Below are positions 28,424 to 39,045 of a stretch of 64,000 bases of DNA, one piece after another. The notes beneath the pieces are model-generated. The model had not been told where the DNA came from and ran no database searches. It saw only the letters and a list, made by a program, of their open reading frames with translations. Origin of the DNA: Methanothermococcus sp. Ax23 (GTDB taxonomy: Archaea; AGJL01; Methanococci; Methanococcales; Methanococcaceae); assembly GCF_049075655.1 (NCBI RefSeq), contig NZ_CP157522.1:1280001-1344000 (forward strand), read 5' to 3'. Position 1 is the stretch's first letter. Each line of letters opens with the position of its first letter. Position numbers and translations under genes: made by a program.

Positions 28424-29833
28424 CATATTCTGCGAGAAGTTTGATAAATTCCTTCGGAATTTATAAATGTCTTCGCTACGCTCAGACATCCCCATCCGTA
28501 AGGGTGGGGATGAATCGCAGGCATTATTTATATATGGCATAAGTGGCAACATACTATTTATAAATAATCAAACTGTGATGCCAATGATAAGGACTCATAA
28601 GTTCCGCCTTTATCCTTCAAAGAGTATCCAAATAACAATAGAGGAGCATCTAAATATATGTAGATACCTCTATAACTATCTTTTGGAGCAGAAAACTAAA
28701 AATCCGAAACTAAATAAAATGGATACTCAAAAACTAATCACAGAACATAAGAAGGAGAATCCTGAACTTAAAAAAGTCCATTCGAAAGTCCTTCAAATGG
28801 TAAATAATAAACTTTGGGGGAACCTCAAAGCATTAGGCAAACTAAAACAGAACGGTCATAAGGTAGGTAAATTAAGATTTAAATCATCAAGGAACAGATA
28901 TAAAACATTAGAATACAATCAATCAGGTTTCAAGATTAAGGATAACAAACTTCACCTATCTAAAATAGGTGAAATTCCCATAAAACTACACAGAAACATT
29001 AAAGGGAAGACTAAAAACGTAATCCTAAAAAAAGAACCTACGGGCAAGTGGTTTGCTTTCTTTCAAGTGGAAGAAGAACCTAAACCACTACCTAAAACTA
29101 ACAAGGTTGTAGGTATCGATTTAGGAATCGATGGTTATACCATCGATTCAGATGGTAATAAATTCGAAAATCCTAAATTCATAGATAGAACTTTGGATAA
29201 AATAAAGAGAGTCCAAAAAAACATATCTAGAAAAGTAAAAGGTTCGAACAACTACAAAAAGACCAAACTAAAACTTATCAGGATTTACGATAAACTAAAC
29301 AATCAGAAAAATGATTTTCTACATAAACTATCAAGATATTACATAAATAACTACGATAAAATAATTTTAGAAGACTTAAATATAAAATCGATGGTTGAAA
29401 ATGGAAAATGTAAGACCTTAAACCGTCATATCCTTGACGGTTCTTGGCGTAAATTCATAAATCTACTTCTCTACAAGGCGGAGGGTGCTGGTAGAGAAGT
29501 AATATTAGTAAATCCCCATTATACTTCTAAAAAATGTTCCAACTGCGGGCATGTTGTTAAAGACTTAAAACTTTCAGATAGAATCTTTTTTTGTCCCAAC
29601 TGCGGTTGGAAATCTGACAGGGACTACAATGCGTCCCTAAATATATTAAAGTCAGGGCTGGGAGAGTCCGTTGTGCCTGTTGAGGGGGGACCTCTACTCA
29701 GAGTTATACCTTATATAAAGGTAATCTCTGGGCAAGTATCCCCTATGAGTCAGGAAGCCTTGCCCGAAGGGCGAGGGCTACGAAAACCGAAAGGTTTTCG
29801 TTTAACCCCGTCCGTAAGGGCGGAGTAATTCAC
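28424..29833 (+). mobile_element. IS200/IS605 tnpB-only element, second family
   Basis: TTTAA (28419-28423) before the left end; hairpins TCCCCATCC-GTAA-GGGTGGGGA and CCGTCC-GTAA-GGGCGG; terminal TTCAC; single copy so ends are inferred. Confidence 0.85.
28584..29828 (+). CDS. tnpB: TnpB RNA-guided nuclease
   Basis: KFRLYP N-terminus, GIDLG, ILEDL, zinc finger, DRDYNAS: catalytic D-E-D intact. Confidence 0.95.
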   Translation: MIRTHKFRLYPSKSIQITIEEHLNICRYLYNYLLEQKTKNPKLNKMDTQKLITEHKKENPELKKVHSKVLQMVNNKLWGNLKALGKLKQNGHKVGKLRFKSSRNRYKTLEYNQSGFKIKDNKLHLSKIGEIPIKLHRNIKGKTKNVILKKEPTGKWFAFFQVEEEPKPLPKTNKVVGIDLGIDGYTIDSDGNKFENPKFIDRTLDKIKRVQKNISRKVKGSNNYKKTKLKLIRIYDKLNNQKNDFLHKLSRYYINNYDKIILEDLNIKSMVENGKCKTLNRHILDGSWRKFINLLLYKAEGAGREVILVNPHYTSKKCSNCGHVVKDLKLSDRIFFCPNCGWKSDRDYNASLNILKSGLGESVVPVEGGPLLRVIPYIKVISGQVSPMSQEALPEGRGLRKPKGFRLTPSVRAE

Positions 29834-30079
29834 TTTCCTAAATATCATTATTATCTAATGTATTATATTGAAATCTAAAATTACTGCAAAAAAATCCATC
29901 ATGCAATGAATGCCCCTTATTTGTGGCGTAAAAAACTCATTTAATTATTTAATTTAATTTTTATCCCATAAATTCTATTGACTATTAATACCATATCGAT
30001 AGATTAATATATTATTACAGATACAAATATGTATGTATTATATATTTAGTATTATGAAAATGAAAAAATAAAAAGTGGA

Positions 30080-31093
30080 ATGATGAAAAAAATATTTGTA
30101 TTAATGGGGTTAATTACATTAACCTTTGGTATCTTCTTTGCTGGATGCACAGAACAGATGTCCGCAGACCAGATAGCAAAAAAGATGGAAGAGAAATACA
30201 ATTCCATCACCGACATGAGCTGTAAGATGGTCATGACAACAAATATTCAGGACAATTCTAAATCAATAATTTATGCTTACAAATATAAAAAACCAAATAA
30301 AGTTTATATGGAAAATAATGATACCATAATGGTTTCTGATGGAAAAACTATATATGTATATGATAAAAAACAAAATACCTATATGAAAATGGATGCACCG
30401 CCACAACAGAATTGGGACTACGGAGCTCTCATAAAAAGCATGTTTGATTTATATGATATAAAATATGTTGGAGATGAAAAAGTTTCAAATAGGGATTGTT
30501 ATGTATTGGAATTAACTCCAAAAAACAAAACTGGAAATATGGCTGTAAATATGGGAGCTCTGAAAATGTGGGTTGATAAAGAATACTGGCAACCATTGAA
30601 AATTGAAATGAATGGAAAAGGATTTTCAAGCATAATAGAATATCAAGACGTGAGATATAATATAGGAATTGGTGATGATGCGTTTAAATTCGCACCGCCT
30701 AAGGATGCAAAATTAGTTGAAAATAACATGCCAAAAGAAATGACAATTGAAGATGCACAAAAAGAAGTTTCATTTAATATATTAGTTCCAAAATATACCG
30801 CAGGTTATGAATTCAAGTCTGCAACACCTAATAAATATGGCGGGGAAGAATCCGTTATATTGAAGTATGCAAAGGATGAAAATCATGTAATTGTTATAAT
30901 GGAGTCAAACTCTGGAAATAGCAATAACATGCCAAATGCCGAAAAGGTAAAAATAGGAGATATTGAAGGAGAATATGTTAAATCTATTGGAATCAATATG
31001 CTTTCATTTAAAAAAGATGGCATTACCATTATAATAGCAGGAGCTCTTGAAAAAGAAGAATTAATAAAAATAGCCGAATCGATGATTAATTAA
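30080..31093 (+). CDS. LolA-like lipoprotein (DUF2092/DUF4367 type)
   Basis: Lipobox FFAGC, KKPNKV..VSDGKT, KMWVDKE, FKFAPP. Confidence 0.8.
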   Translation: MMKKIFVLMGLITLTFGIFFAGCTEQMSADQIAKKMEEKYNSITDMSCKMVMTTNIQDNSKSIIYAYKYKKPNKVYMENNDTIMVSDGKTIYVYDKKQNTYMKMDAPPQQNWDYGALIKSMFDLYDIKYVGDEKVSNRDCYVLELTPKNKTGNMAVNMGALKMWVDKEYWQPLKIEMNGKGFSSIIEYQDVRYNIGIGDDAFKFAPPKDAKLVENNMPKEMTIEDAQKEVSFNILVPKYTAGYEFKSATPNKYGGEESVILKYAKDENHVIVIMESNSGNSNNMPNAEKVKIGDIEGEYVKSIGINMLSFKKDGITIIIAGALEKEELIKIAESMIN

Positions 31094-31143
31094 TACATAT
31101 TCTCTTCCTTTTTCCTTTCTTCCTTTTCTTTTTTTAATATTTT

Positions 31144-31437
31144 TTATTTTATTTGTTTTATATATGATTTATTTTTATTAAATTCATCCCTTAAAGACAT
31201 GTATAAAAGAGGTATCCAAAATATTAGCGAAATAATGTTAAATATTATTATTGGATAATCGTCCCTTAATAGTCCATAAATTAACCATAGAAACAAACCT
31301 GTTGTAAATGACATTACAAAATAGGGAGATATTCCACTCATGTCTTTTGTTTTTAATGACTTAATTAGTTGAGGGAGCGATGCAAAGGTCGTTAGTGTGC
31401 CTGCCATATATCCAATAATTGTGAAATCCAATGCCAT
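31144..31437 (-). CDS. SemiSWEET/PQ-loop transporter
   Basis: TTFASLPQLIKS, WLIYG, three helices. Confidence 0.88.
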   Translation of the reverse strand: MALDFTIIGYMAGTLTTFASLPQLIKSLKTKDMSGISPYFVMSFTTGLFLWLIYGLLRDDYPIIIFNIISLIFWIPLLYMSLRDEFNKNKSYIKQIK

Positions 31438-31578
31438 GTTATCATCTTTTTGATTTTATTAATGTTCTATATTTTATCCCATATATATTTTAAGTAATAT
31501 ACAAAATTTTCCGTATAATTTAAAAATAAAAAGAAAACGGCTTCCTTTTTCTTTAAAAAAACATATATATGGGATATA

Positions 31579-31592
31579 GGAAAACACATTCC
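31579..31592. promoter_or_regulatory. NrpR nitrogen operator GGAA-N6-TTCC
   Basis: GGAAAACACATTCC just downstream of a TATA-like box before amt; imperfect second site at 31532-31545. Confidence 0.85.
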
Positions 31593-31635
31593 CGTTGATA
31601 TTAAAAAAACATACAATTAAAACCGAGGTGTGCAT

Positions 31636-32790
31636 ATGTCTGGTTTGGATGTGTTCTTCTTTTTATGGGCAGCATCGTTAATATTTTTCATGAAAGCAGG
31701 GTTTATTGCATTGGAAATCGGTCAGTTCAGTCATAAAAATGCAGCTTACCACTGTGTTTTAAAATTGGTGGATTTATTCGCAGTGTTTTTAGGATATTTA
31801 GTAGTTGGTTATGGAATTTCTTATGGATTTGAATATATTATGCCATTGATAACTGGAACATTTGATGCCGAGCTCGGGGCATGGTGGATGAAGATGGCAG
31901 TATTTGCGGCGGCGGCTGTAACCATTATCACAGGTGGAGTTGCTGAGAGAATAAAAATTCTTCCATACTTTATAGGTGCATTACTTGTGGGTGGCGTGTT
32001 ATATCCAATAGTTGAGCATCTTGTATGGGGCGGAGGATTTGCAAGTTTAGGAATATCCTTTGCTGACTATGCAGGAAGTGGAGCAGTTCATTTATTCGGT
32101 GGTTTAGTTGGATTGGCTGCGGCATGGGCATTAGGTCCAAGACTCAGAAAATACATAAACGGTGTTCCACAGGCATTGCCAGGACACAACATTCCAATTG
32201 CTGTTTTAGGTGCATTTATATTGGCATTTGGATGGTATGGATTCAACATAGGAAGTGCATCAGGTGTTGGTGATGGTTTAGAGCTCGTGCAGGTTGCAAT
32301 AGCTACAACAATGGCACTTGCAGGAGGTATAGCAGGAGGAGCTCTGAGCTCAAGAAATGACCCACTCTATACAGCAAACGGTATGTGTGCAGGACTTGTT
32401 GCAGTATGTAGCGGTGTTAATATATTCACACCAATAGGAGCTCTGGTAGTTGGACTTATAGCGGGATTACAACAGCCATTCACATACAAGTTTATTGAAG
32501 AAAAATTGAAAATAGATGATGTTTGTGCTATTGGACCTGTTCATGCTATGAGTGGTTTTATAGGTGTAATCTGTGCAGGTATTCCATTTTTATTAAGGGA
32601 CCCATCAGCAACATCATTTGTTGGTCAGGCGATTGGGGCAATAGTAATTGCTTTAATAGCATTAATCGGTGGTGTAATTATATACAAAGGGCTTGATTTA
32701 ACAATAGGTTTAAGAGTTTCAGAGAAAGCAGAGAAAGAAGGACTCGATGAAGGTGTTCTTCAAGTAAGGGCATACTCTGAAATGGATTAA
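31636..32790 (+). CDS. amt: Ammonium transporter
   Basis: GGVAERIK, DYAGSGAVH, GWYGFNIGS, IDDVC..VH. Confidence 0.95.
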   Translation: MSGLDVFFFLWAASLIFFMKAGFIALEIGQFSHKNAAYHCVLKLVDLFAVFLGYLVVGYGISYGFEYIMPLITGTFDAELGAWWMKMAVFAAAAVTIITGGVAERIKILPYFIGALLVGGVLYPIVEHLVWGGGFASLGISFADYAGSGAVHLFGGLVGLAAAWALGPRLRKYINGVPQALPGHNIPIAVLGAFILAFGWYGFNIGSASGVGDGLELVQVAIATTMALAGGIAGGALSSRNDPLYTANGMCAGLVAVCSGVNIFTPIGALVVGLIAGLQQPFTYKFIEEKLKIDDVCAIGPVHAMSGFIGVICAGIPFLLRDPSATSFVGQAIGAIVIALIALIGGVIIYKGLDLTIGLRVSEKAEKEGLDEGVLQVRAYSEMD

Positions 32791-32859
32791 TATAATATAT
32801 TCATAATAATCCTTAATTATTTTTTATTTTAGGAATTAGGATTCTTCTTTCCGTGGTAA

Positions 32860-33240
<381 letters not shown>

Positions 33241-33382
33241 TTATTTCATTAATTTTTTTACCATTTCATTTTTCACTATTTTTATTTATTTCATATTTTA
33301 CTTATTTTCATCTTATTTTACAATATTTATTGATGTAATTAAATTATTAAATTTTCGAAAGGTATATATATGCCCTATTTAA

Positions 33383-33781
<399 letters not shown>

Positions 33782-33811
33782 TAAAAATAAAAACACAAAA
33801 AGGTGATATTA

Positions 33812-35104
33812 ATGGCTACAGCTGATTTAATAAATCAAACATTGGTAAATAATACAATTGCATCATTGCAATCAGCAGGGATTGATACAGCAGGAGCAAC
33901 CAATGTAGTAAATGCATTAACTACAATGGCAAATGCAAGCGATGTATTTTTCTTAGTAGTAATGGGTGTCCTTGTCTTTATGATGCAGTGGGGCTTTGCC
34001 ATGCTTGAAGGTGGGCAGGTTAGAAAGAAAAATGTTAATAACGTTATGATGAAAAACATGGTTGATTGGTTGATTGGCTGTGTTTCATGGTTGTTTATAG
34101 GTGGTGTTCTCTGTGCTTCAATAAATCCATCAGATTTCATAAGCTGGTGGCATCAAATATTTGGAACTGACTGGTCAAACAATGGTTTAGACTTGGCAAA
34201 CTGGTTCTTTGGTTTGGTATTTGCCGCAACAGCCGCAACAATCGTATCAGGAGGAGTTGCTGAGAGAATAAAATTTGGTGCCTATGTGTTGATATCAATA
34301 GTAATTACAGCACTCTTGTATCCATTGTTCGTATATTTGGGTCCTTGGGGGGCAAGTATAGTTCCATGGCATGACTACGCAGGAAGTTTAGTAGTTCATG
34401 GTTTAGGGGGATTCTTAGCATTAGGTGCCATTGCGGCATTGGGTCCAAGAGTTGGAAGATTCTTGGATGGAAAATCAGTTCCTATATTGGGTCATAACAT
34501 ACCTATGGCAGTATTCGGGGCATTTGCTCTTGCTATTGGTTGGTATGGATTCAATGTCGGGAGCTCACTTGCATTGGGAGACATAAGCGGATTAGTATGT
34601 GCCACAACAACACTTGCCATGGCAGGTGGTGGTATCGGAGCTCTCCTAATGTCAAAGAAGGATGTGTTATTCACAGCAAATGGTTTAGTTGCAGGGCTTG
34701 TGGCAATCTGTGCTGGAACTGATATAGTTAGTCCAATAGGCGGTTTGTTGATAGGTCTCATAGCAGGAGCTCAGGTTCCAATAGTTTATAAACTCGTTGA
34801 AAACGCAGGATTGGATGATGTCTGTGGTGTTGTCCCAGTTCATGGAACAGCAGGTGTTGTTGGGGCAATATTGGCAGGGGTATTTGGAATGACTGCATTG
34901 GGTGGAACAGGAGATGTTAGTTTGGTAAATCAGATAATAGCATCAGTATTCTGTATAGTATATGGTACAGGTCTTGGATTTGTGCTTGCTAAAATAGCAG
35001 GAATATTCACAGGAGGTCTCAGAGTATCAGAAGAAGATGAGAAAAGAGGTCTTGACTTAGCAGAACACAGGTTATCAGCATACCCTGAGGAAGAAATGGT
35101 TTAA
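33812..35104 (+). CDS. amtB: Ammonium transporter
   Basis: GFAMLEGG, SGGVAERIK, HDYAGS, GWYGFNVGS. Confidence 0.95.
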   Translation: MATADLINQTLVNNTIASLQSAGIDTAGATNVVNALTTMANASDVFFLVVMGVLVFMMQWGFAMLEGGQVRKKNVNNVMMKNMVDWLIGCVSWLFIGGVLCASINPSDFISWWHQIFGTDWSNNGLDLANWFFGLVFAATAATIVSGGVAERIKFGAYVLISIVITALLYPLFVYLGPWGASIVPWHDYAGSLVVHGLGGFLALGAIAALGPRVGRFLDGKSVPILGHNIPMAVFGAFALAIGWYGFNVGSSLALGDISGLVCATTTLAMAGGGIGALLMSKKDVLFTANGLVAGLVAICAGTDIVSPIGGLLIGLIAGAQVPIVYKLVENAGLDDVCGVVPVHGTAGVVGAILAGVFGMTALGGTGDVSLVNQIIASVFCIVYGTGLGFVLAKIAGIFTGGLRVSEEDEKRGLDLAEHRLSAYPEEEMV

Positions 35105-35315
35105 ATTAGTTAGATATATTAAAAAATATTTCTTTTTATTTTATTCAGTATTTATTATTATATACAGGGGAGAGGGTAATTTACGATTAAAATACTATTA
35201 ATTTTCAATTTTTTTAATTTTTCATAATTTAAATATTAAATTTTTAAAAGTTAAAAATAATATTTTTTTATACATTAATTACATTTATACCAATATTATA
35301 TTGATGGATGGTATT

Positions 35316-35633
35316 ATGGATTTCAAAGAAGAGTGCTACAATTTAGTTAAAAAAGTTCCAAAAGGAAAAATAACCACATATAAGGAAATTGCAGAAGCAC
35401 TTGGAACAAATGGATATCGAGCTGTTGGAAATGTATTGAATAAAAATCCAAATCTTATAACTGTTCCATGCCATAGAGTGGTTAAATCAAACGGTGAAGT
35501 TGGAGGGTATGTAGAAGGCATAGAAAGGAAAATAGAACTTTTAAGAAGTGAAGGGATACCGATTAAAGACAATAAGGTAATAGATTTTGAAAAATACTTT
35601 TTTAGGTTAAAAAATAATAAATTTAAAAAATAA
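35316..35633 (+). CDS. ogt: Methylated-DNA-protein-cysteine methyltransferase (single domain)
   Basis: TYKEIA, RAVG, active-site PCHRV. Confidence 0.88.
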   Translation: MDFKEECYNLVKKVPKGKITTYKEIAEALGTNGYRAVGNVLNKNPNLITVPCHRVVKSNGEVGGYVEGIERKIELLRSEGIPIKDNKVIDFEKYFFRLKNNKFKK

Positions 35634-35662
35634 TGAACACCAATATTTTATTGGTGATTATT

Positions 35663-36619
35663 ATGGTTTTTGGATTATTCAAAAAATCAAAAAAGAAATC
35701 TCTAAATGATTTCTTAGATGAAAATAAAGGAAAGATTTTGAAAATAAATCTAAATAAACCCCTTGACTGTATATGCGATTTCACATATAACTTTGTATGG
35801 CAGAGCTCCTTCGACTACAACCAAAAAGTAGTTGATGAAGTATCTTTTAAAGATTTGGTGGAACATTTAAAAAATAGAGGAATAATATGTATTAAGGGGA
35901 ATGTAGGGCATAGATTTTGTAGTTCCATGGGTGCGGACTTGAAATACTTTGGAGGAAGCGGGGGCAAAATTGATACTGGAATTGTAATTGTTGATGGGGA
36001 TGTAGATACAAGATTTGGAATAAGTATGGTCTCTGGAACGGTTTATGTGAATGAAAGAAATAAGATAAAAGAACCTATTGGAAACATTGTTGAAGTTGAA
36101 AGCGACATTAAAGGATATAGAAAATTCATATCTATTACCGAATATATTGAAGGAAGATATAAAAATGAAAAACTTTTAAAACCGAATAAATTCGATAAAA
36201 ATAATTATAATTTAATTTTAAATGATAAAATTGTAAGAGACACTGTCGGAGCTCGGCTGGAAAAAGATGCAACAATAACAATAAATGGAGACGTTGATTT
36301 ATCCACAGGAATATTGATGAAAAAAGGAAAGGTTGTTGTAAATGGAAATGCCGGGAAAAACACAGGTGCAGTTTTAAATGGTGGGACAGTTGTAGTTGAT
36401 GGAAATACAGGAGATTTCACGGCGTTTGAAATGAAAAGTGGAACAATTATCGTGAATGGAAATGCTAGAAAGTTTTTAGGTGCTAAGAAAAAAGGTGGAG
36501 TGGTTTATGCCAAGAATGGTTCGCCAGTTCCACCGACAAAGAAGATTCCTTTGAATGATGAAGATAAAACTATATTAAATAAATATGGATTTATTGGAAA
36601 ATTCTACAAATTTCAATAA
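35663..36619 (+). CDS. FwdC-like GXGXG beta-helix protein
   Basis: Repeated G-x-I-x-V-x-G-N/D-A-G units. Confidence 0.8.
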   Translation: MVFGLFKKSKKKSLNDFLDENKGKILKINLNKPLDCICDFTYNFVWQSSFDYNQKVVDEVSFKDLVEHLKNRGIICIKGNVGHRFCSSMGADLKYFGGSGGKIDTGIVIVDGDVDTRFGISMVSGTVYVNERNKIKEPIGNIVEVESDIKGYRKFISITEYIEGRYKNEKLLKPNKFDKNNYNLILNDKIVRDTVGARLEKDATITINGDVDLSTGILMKKGKVVVNGNAGKNTGAVLNGGTVVVDGNTGDFTAFEMKSGTIIVNGNARKFLGAKKKGGVVYAKNGSPVPPTKKIPLNDEDKTILNKYGFIGKFYKFQ

Positions 36620-36685
36620 ATAACAATAGTGATTAATAATTATTTCATTTAAATTAACAAATATATATTCCTAAAATAAAAATAA

Positions 36686-36705
36686 GCCTTGGGCGGAGTT
36701 CAAAC
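36686..36705 (-). repeat. Degenerate duplicate of the tRNA-Thr 3' end
   Basis: GCCTTGGGCGGAGTTCAAAC vs GCCTTGGGCGGGGTTTGAAC at 36834-36853. Confidence 0.8.
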
Positions 36706-36832
36706 GCAAACTTTAAAAAATCTCAAAATTGCTTCGCAATTTATACGATTTCTCGCTATCGCTCGAAAGTTTGCTATTCAAAGTCCAAATACTACTCCGC
36801 TTCGCTTCGTAGCATTTGGAACCTAAAAATAA

Positions 36833-36906
36833 AGCCTTGGGCGGGGTTTGAACCCGCGACCTTCTGCTTACCAAGCAGACGCTCTACCAGGCTGAGCCAC
36901 CAAGGC
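36833..36906 (-). tRNA. tRNA-Thr(GGT)
   Basis: Cloverleaf GCCTTGG acceptor, TCTGC-TTGGTAA-GCAGA anticodon arm, TTCAAAC T loop; TTTATATA box at 36933-36940; CCA not encoded. Confidence 0.97.
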
Positions 36907-37041
36907 ACCAAGTTATATAAAATATAAACTAGTATATAAAGTTTTCGGTTGATTAGAGGTTGATTAAATTTATAGTATAGCCCTTCAATCTATACAATAA
37001 AATTATTTAAAAATAAAAAATAAATTTTAATTGTTAATTAA

Positions 37042-37842
37042 TTAAGTTCCCACTCTTATGGGCTCTGAGAGGTCTTTTATAATTCTTATCACTGAGTATG
37101 CTGCCAATGCAGAAGTTTTGGGATTATCTTTACATGGATTATTCTCAACTGTGGTTTTTATAGTGCCTATGGAGCCTTTAACAACTATCTCATGTTTATT
37201 TGATACTGCGGAAGGGTCTGCTACTATCTTAACTTTCGCAGGGACTTTCGATGCCAATGAAAGAACCACCGATACATTTATATTTTGTGGGAATTCTTTA
37301 ATGGCTTTAAATACATCCCCTTCAAAAACTGTTGTTGGTTCTGAAATGGCTTCTGCATCTATTCCAAGGTTCTTTAATGCATCTTTTAATCCATAAACGG
37401 GTTTTGTTGTTGTAAGGATTACCTCTTCAATAGTTCCTAATGATGAGGCCTTAATGGCATCAACACCGGCAATTGCTCCTGAGGGAATGTATATTTTTCT
37501 ATTGTTTTCTTTTGCGAGATTGTATAATTTTAAAAATAAGTCCTTATCTGCAAATGCCCCAACGCTCATTACAATTATATCTTTTCCATTACTGAGAGCT
37601 TTGGATACAGTTTCATCAACTGCCTTAACTGATGCACATTCTATTACTATGTCTAAGTTCTTACCCACTAGTTCATCTATTGAATCACATACTTCTGCAT
37701 TCACTAATTTTCCGAGCTCTTCTGATTTATGTCTATTTTTGTCGTACAATGCAACTATTTTTGGATTTATTTTTCCGGACATTACTGCTTTTACTATCAA
37801 TGTGGCGATTGTTCCACATCCAACCACGCCTATTTTTAACAT
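37042..37842 (-). CDS. nadX: L-aspartate dehydrogenase
   Basis: [34 protein letters not shown]. Confidence 0.93.
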   Translation of the reverse strand: MLKIGVVGCGTIATLIVKAVMSGKINPKIVALYDKNRHKSEELGKLVNAEVCDSIDELVGKNLDIVIECASVKAVDETVSKALSNGKDIIVMSVGAFADKDLFLKLYNLAKENNRKIYIPSGAIAGVDAIKASSLGTIEEVILTTTKPVYGLKDALKNLGIDAEAISEPTTVFEGDVFKAIKEFPQNINVSVVLSLASKVPAKVKIVADPSAVSNKHEIVVKGSIGTIKTTVENNPCKDNPKTSALAAYSVIRIIKDLSEPIRVGT

Positions 37843-37963
37843 TTTAGCATCACTTCGTAATTATTAATTCCTTTTGAACAGTAACTAAAATATTCATTAA
37901 ATAACATATTAAATAATGTTTTAAATTGCTTTTTTTAACTCCCTAATTTAAAAAAAATAAGAT

Positions 37964-38224
37964 TTATGGTAATTTTTTCTCTGTTGCTGGCGGTTTTATT
38001 AAGATAATATTACCTATTGATTCCACTATTTTATATGGGAGAATTATCTTTTTAGATGGGTCACTTACATTATCCCTTAAACATCCTCTTGATGCATCGG
38101 ATATCACAATGCCACTTACTGATGATTTTTCAATATCTATCATGGCATCATAAGTTTCTCCAACATAAAGTCCCTTTGTTGTGTATATTTTTTTACCCAA
38201 TATTTCACTAATTTTAATAGCCAT
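37964..38224 (-). CDS. PRC-barrel domain protein
   Basis: ILGKKIYTTKGLYVG..D..ID and IILPYKIVESIGNIILI. Confidence 0.88.
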   Translation of the reverse strand: MAIKISEILGKKIYTTKGLYVGETYDAMIDIEKSSVSGIVISDASRGCLRDNVSDPSKKIILPYKIVESIGNIILIKPPATEKKLP

Positions 38225-38285
38225 TTTGAAACCTCCAATATTTGGATATGCAACATTATTATATTTGCCATATATAAATGTTTAA

Positions 38286-38966
38286 TTATAAATCGATATC
38301 ATCAATACTTATTTTTTCAGCACCATATAATTCCTTTGCTCTCAAATATATTAATTCATCTGCCTTGTTATTTTCATCCATAATTACAATAACCTTGGAA
38401 GGATTTAATTTATTTATCAGCTTATTTATCTGCTCCTTGATTATACCACATTTTTTTTCAATGCCTTTAAGAGCCTTTTCTGGCATATTTGGATTTATAA
38501 CTTTCATATCCTCGGCTTCTAAAACACCCTCCGTGGAGATTATATTTAAGTTTGGCATTTTATTTTTTAGATTTTTCAACAATTTTTTATTGCTCACAAT
38601 ATATAGGGCACTTTCATCCAGCTGAGCTCCTCCTTCAAACTCAAACCCAAATTCTTTCAATACATTGTTAAGATGTTTTTGGGTTTGTAGTATTAATTTA
38701 CAAAATATTTTTGCCTCATCATCATTTAAATTATGTAGCGGTGCTTTTTTGTAAAGGTAATCATCTGCCTCAATAAGTGCGTAAAATGCCTTTTTAAATT
38801 CAGCTACATTAATATTTCCAGATTTTGCATCTTTATACGTTACGTTTTTAGATTCTGCAATTTTATGGGGTTTGGCATTTTTTAATTTTGATGATTCCTC
38901 ATCCAACTTTGATATTGTGGCTACTGACTTTTTTATAAGTATTTTTGAATCGTCTATTCTGTTCAT
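38286..38966 (-). CDS. Conserved methanogen protein (DUF2100-like)
   Basis: YLYKKAPLH, EDMKVINPNMPEKAL, DELIY motifs. Confidence 0.7.
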   Translation of the reverse strand: MNRIDDSKILIKKSVATISKLDEESSKLKNAKPHKIAESKNVTYKDAKSGNINVAEFKKAFYALIEADDYLYKKAPLHNLNDDEAKIFCKLILQTQKHLNNVLKEFGFEFEGGAQLDESALYIVSNKKLLKNLKNKMPNLNIISTEGVLEAEDMKVINPNMPEKALKGIEKKCGIIKEQINKLINKLNPSKVIVIMDENNKADELIYLRAKELYGAEKISIDDIDL

Positions 38967-39045
38967 TGTATCACATTAATAAATTACTTATGGTTTCTTT
39001 TAGGTATTTTAGGATATTTTTTAATATATATGGCATATGTTCAAA

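Noticed and set aside
28467-28583. N-terminal extension of TnpB in the ORF track
   Set aside because: The upstream ATG lies inside a hairpin insert in the left end; homology starts at MIRTHKFRLYP (28584)
32832-32852. NrpR operator before the first glnK
   Set aside because: Two overlapping one-mismatch sites only, with no clear adjacent promoter
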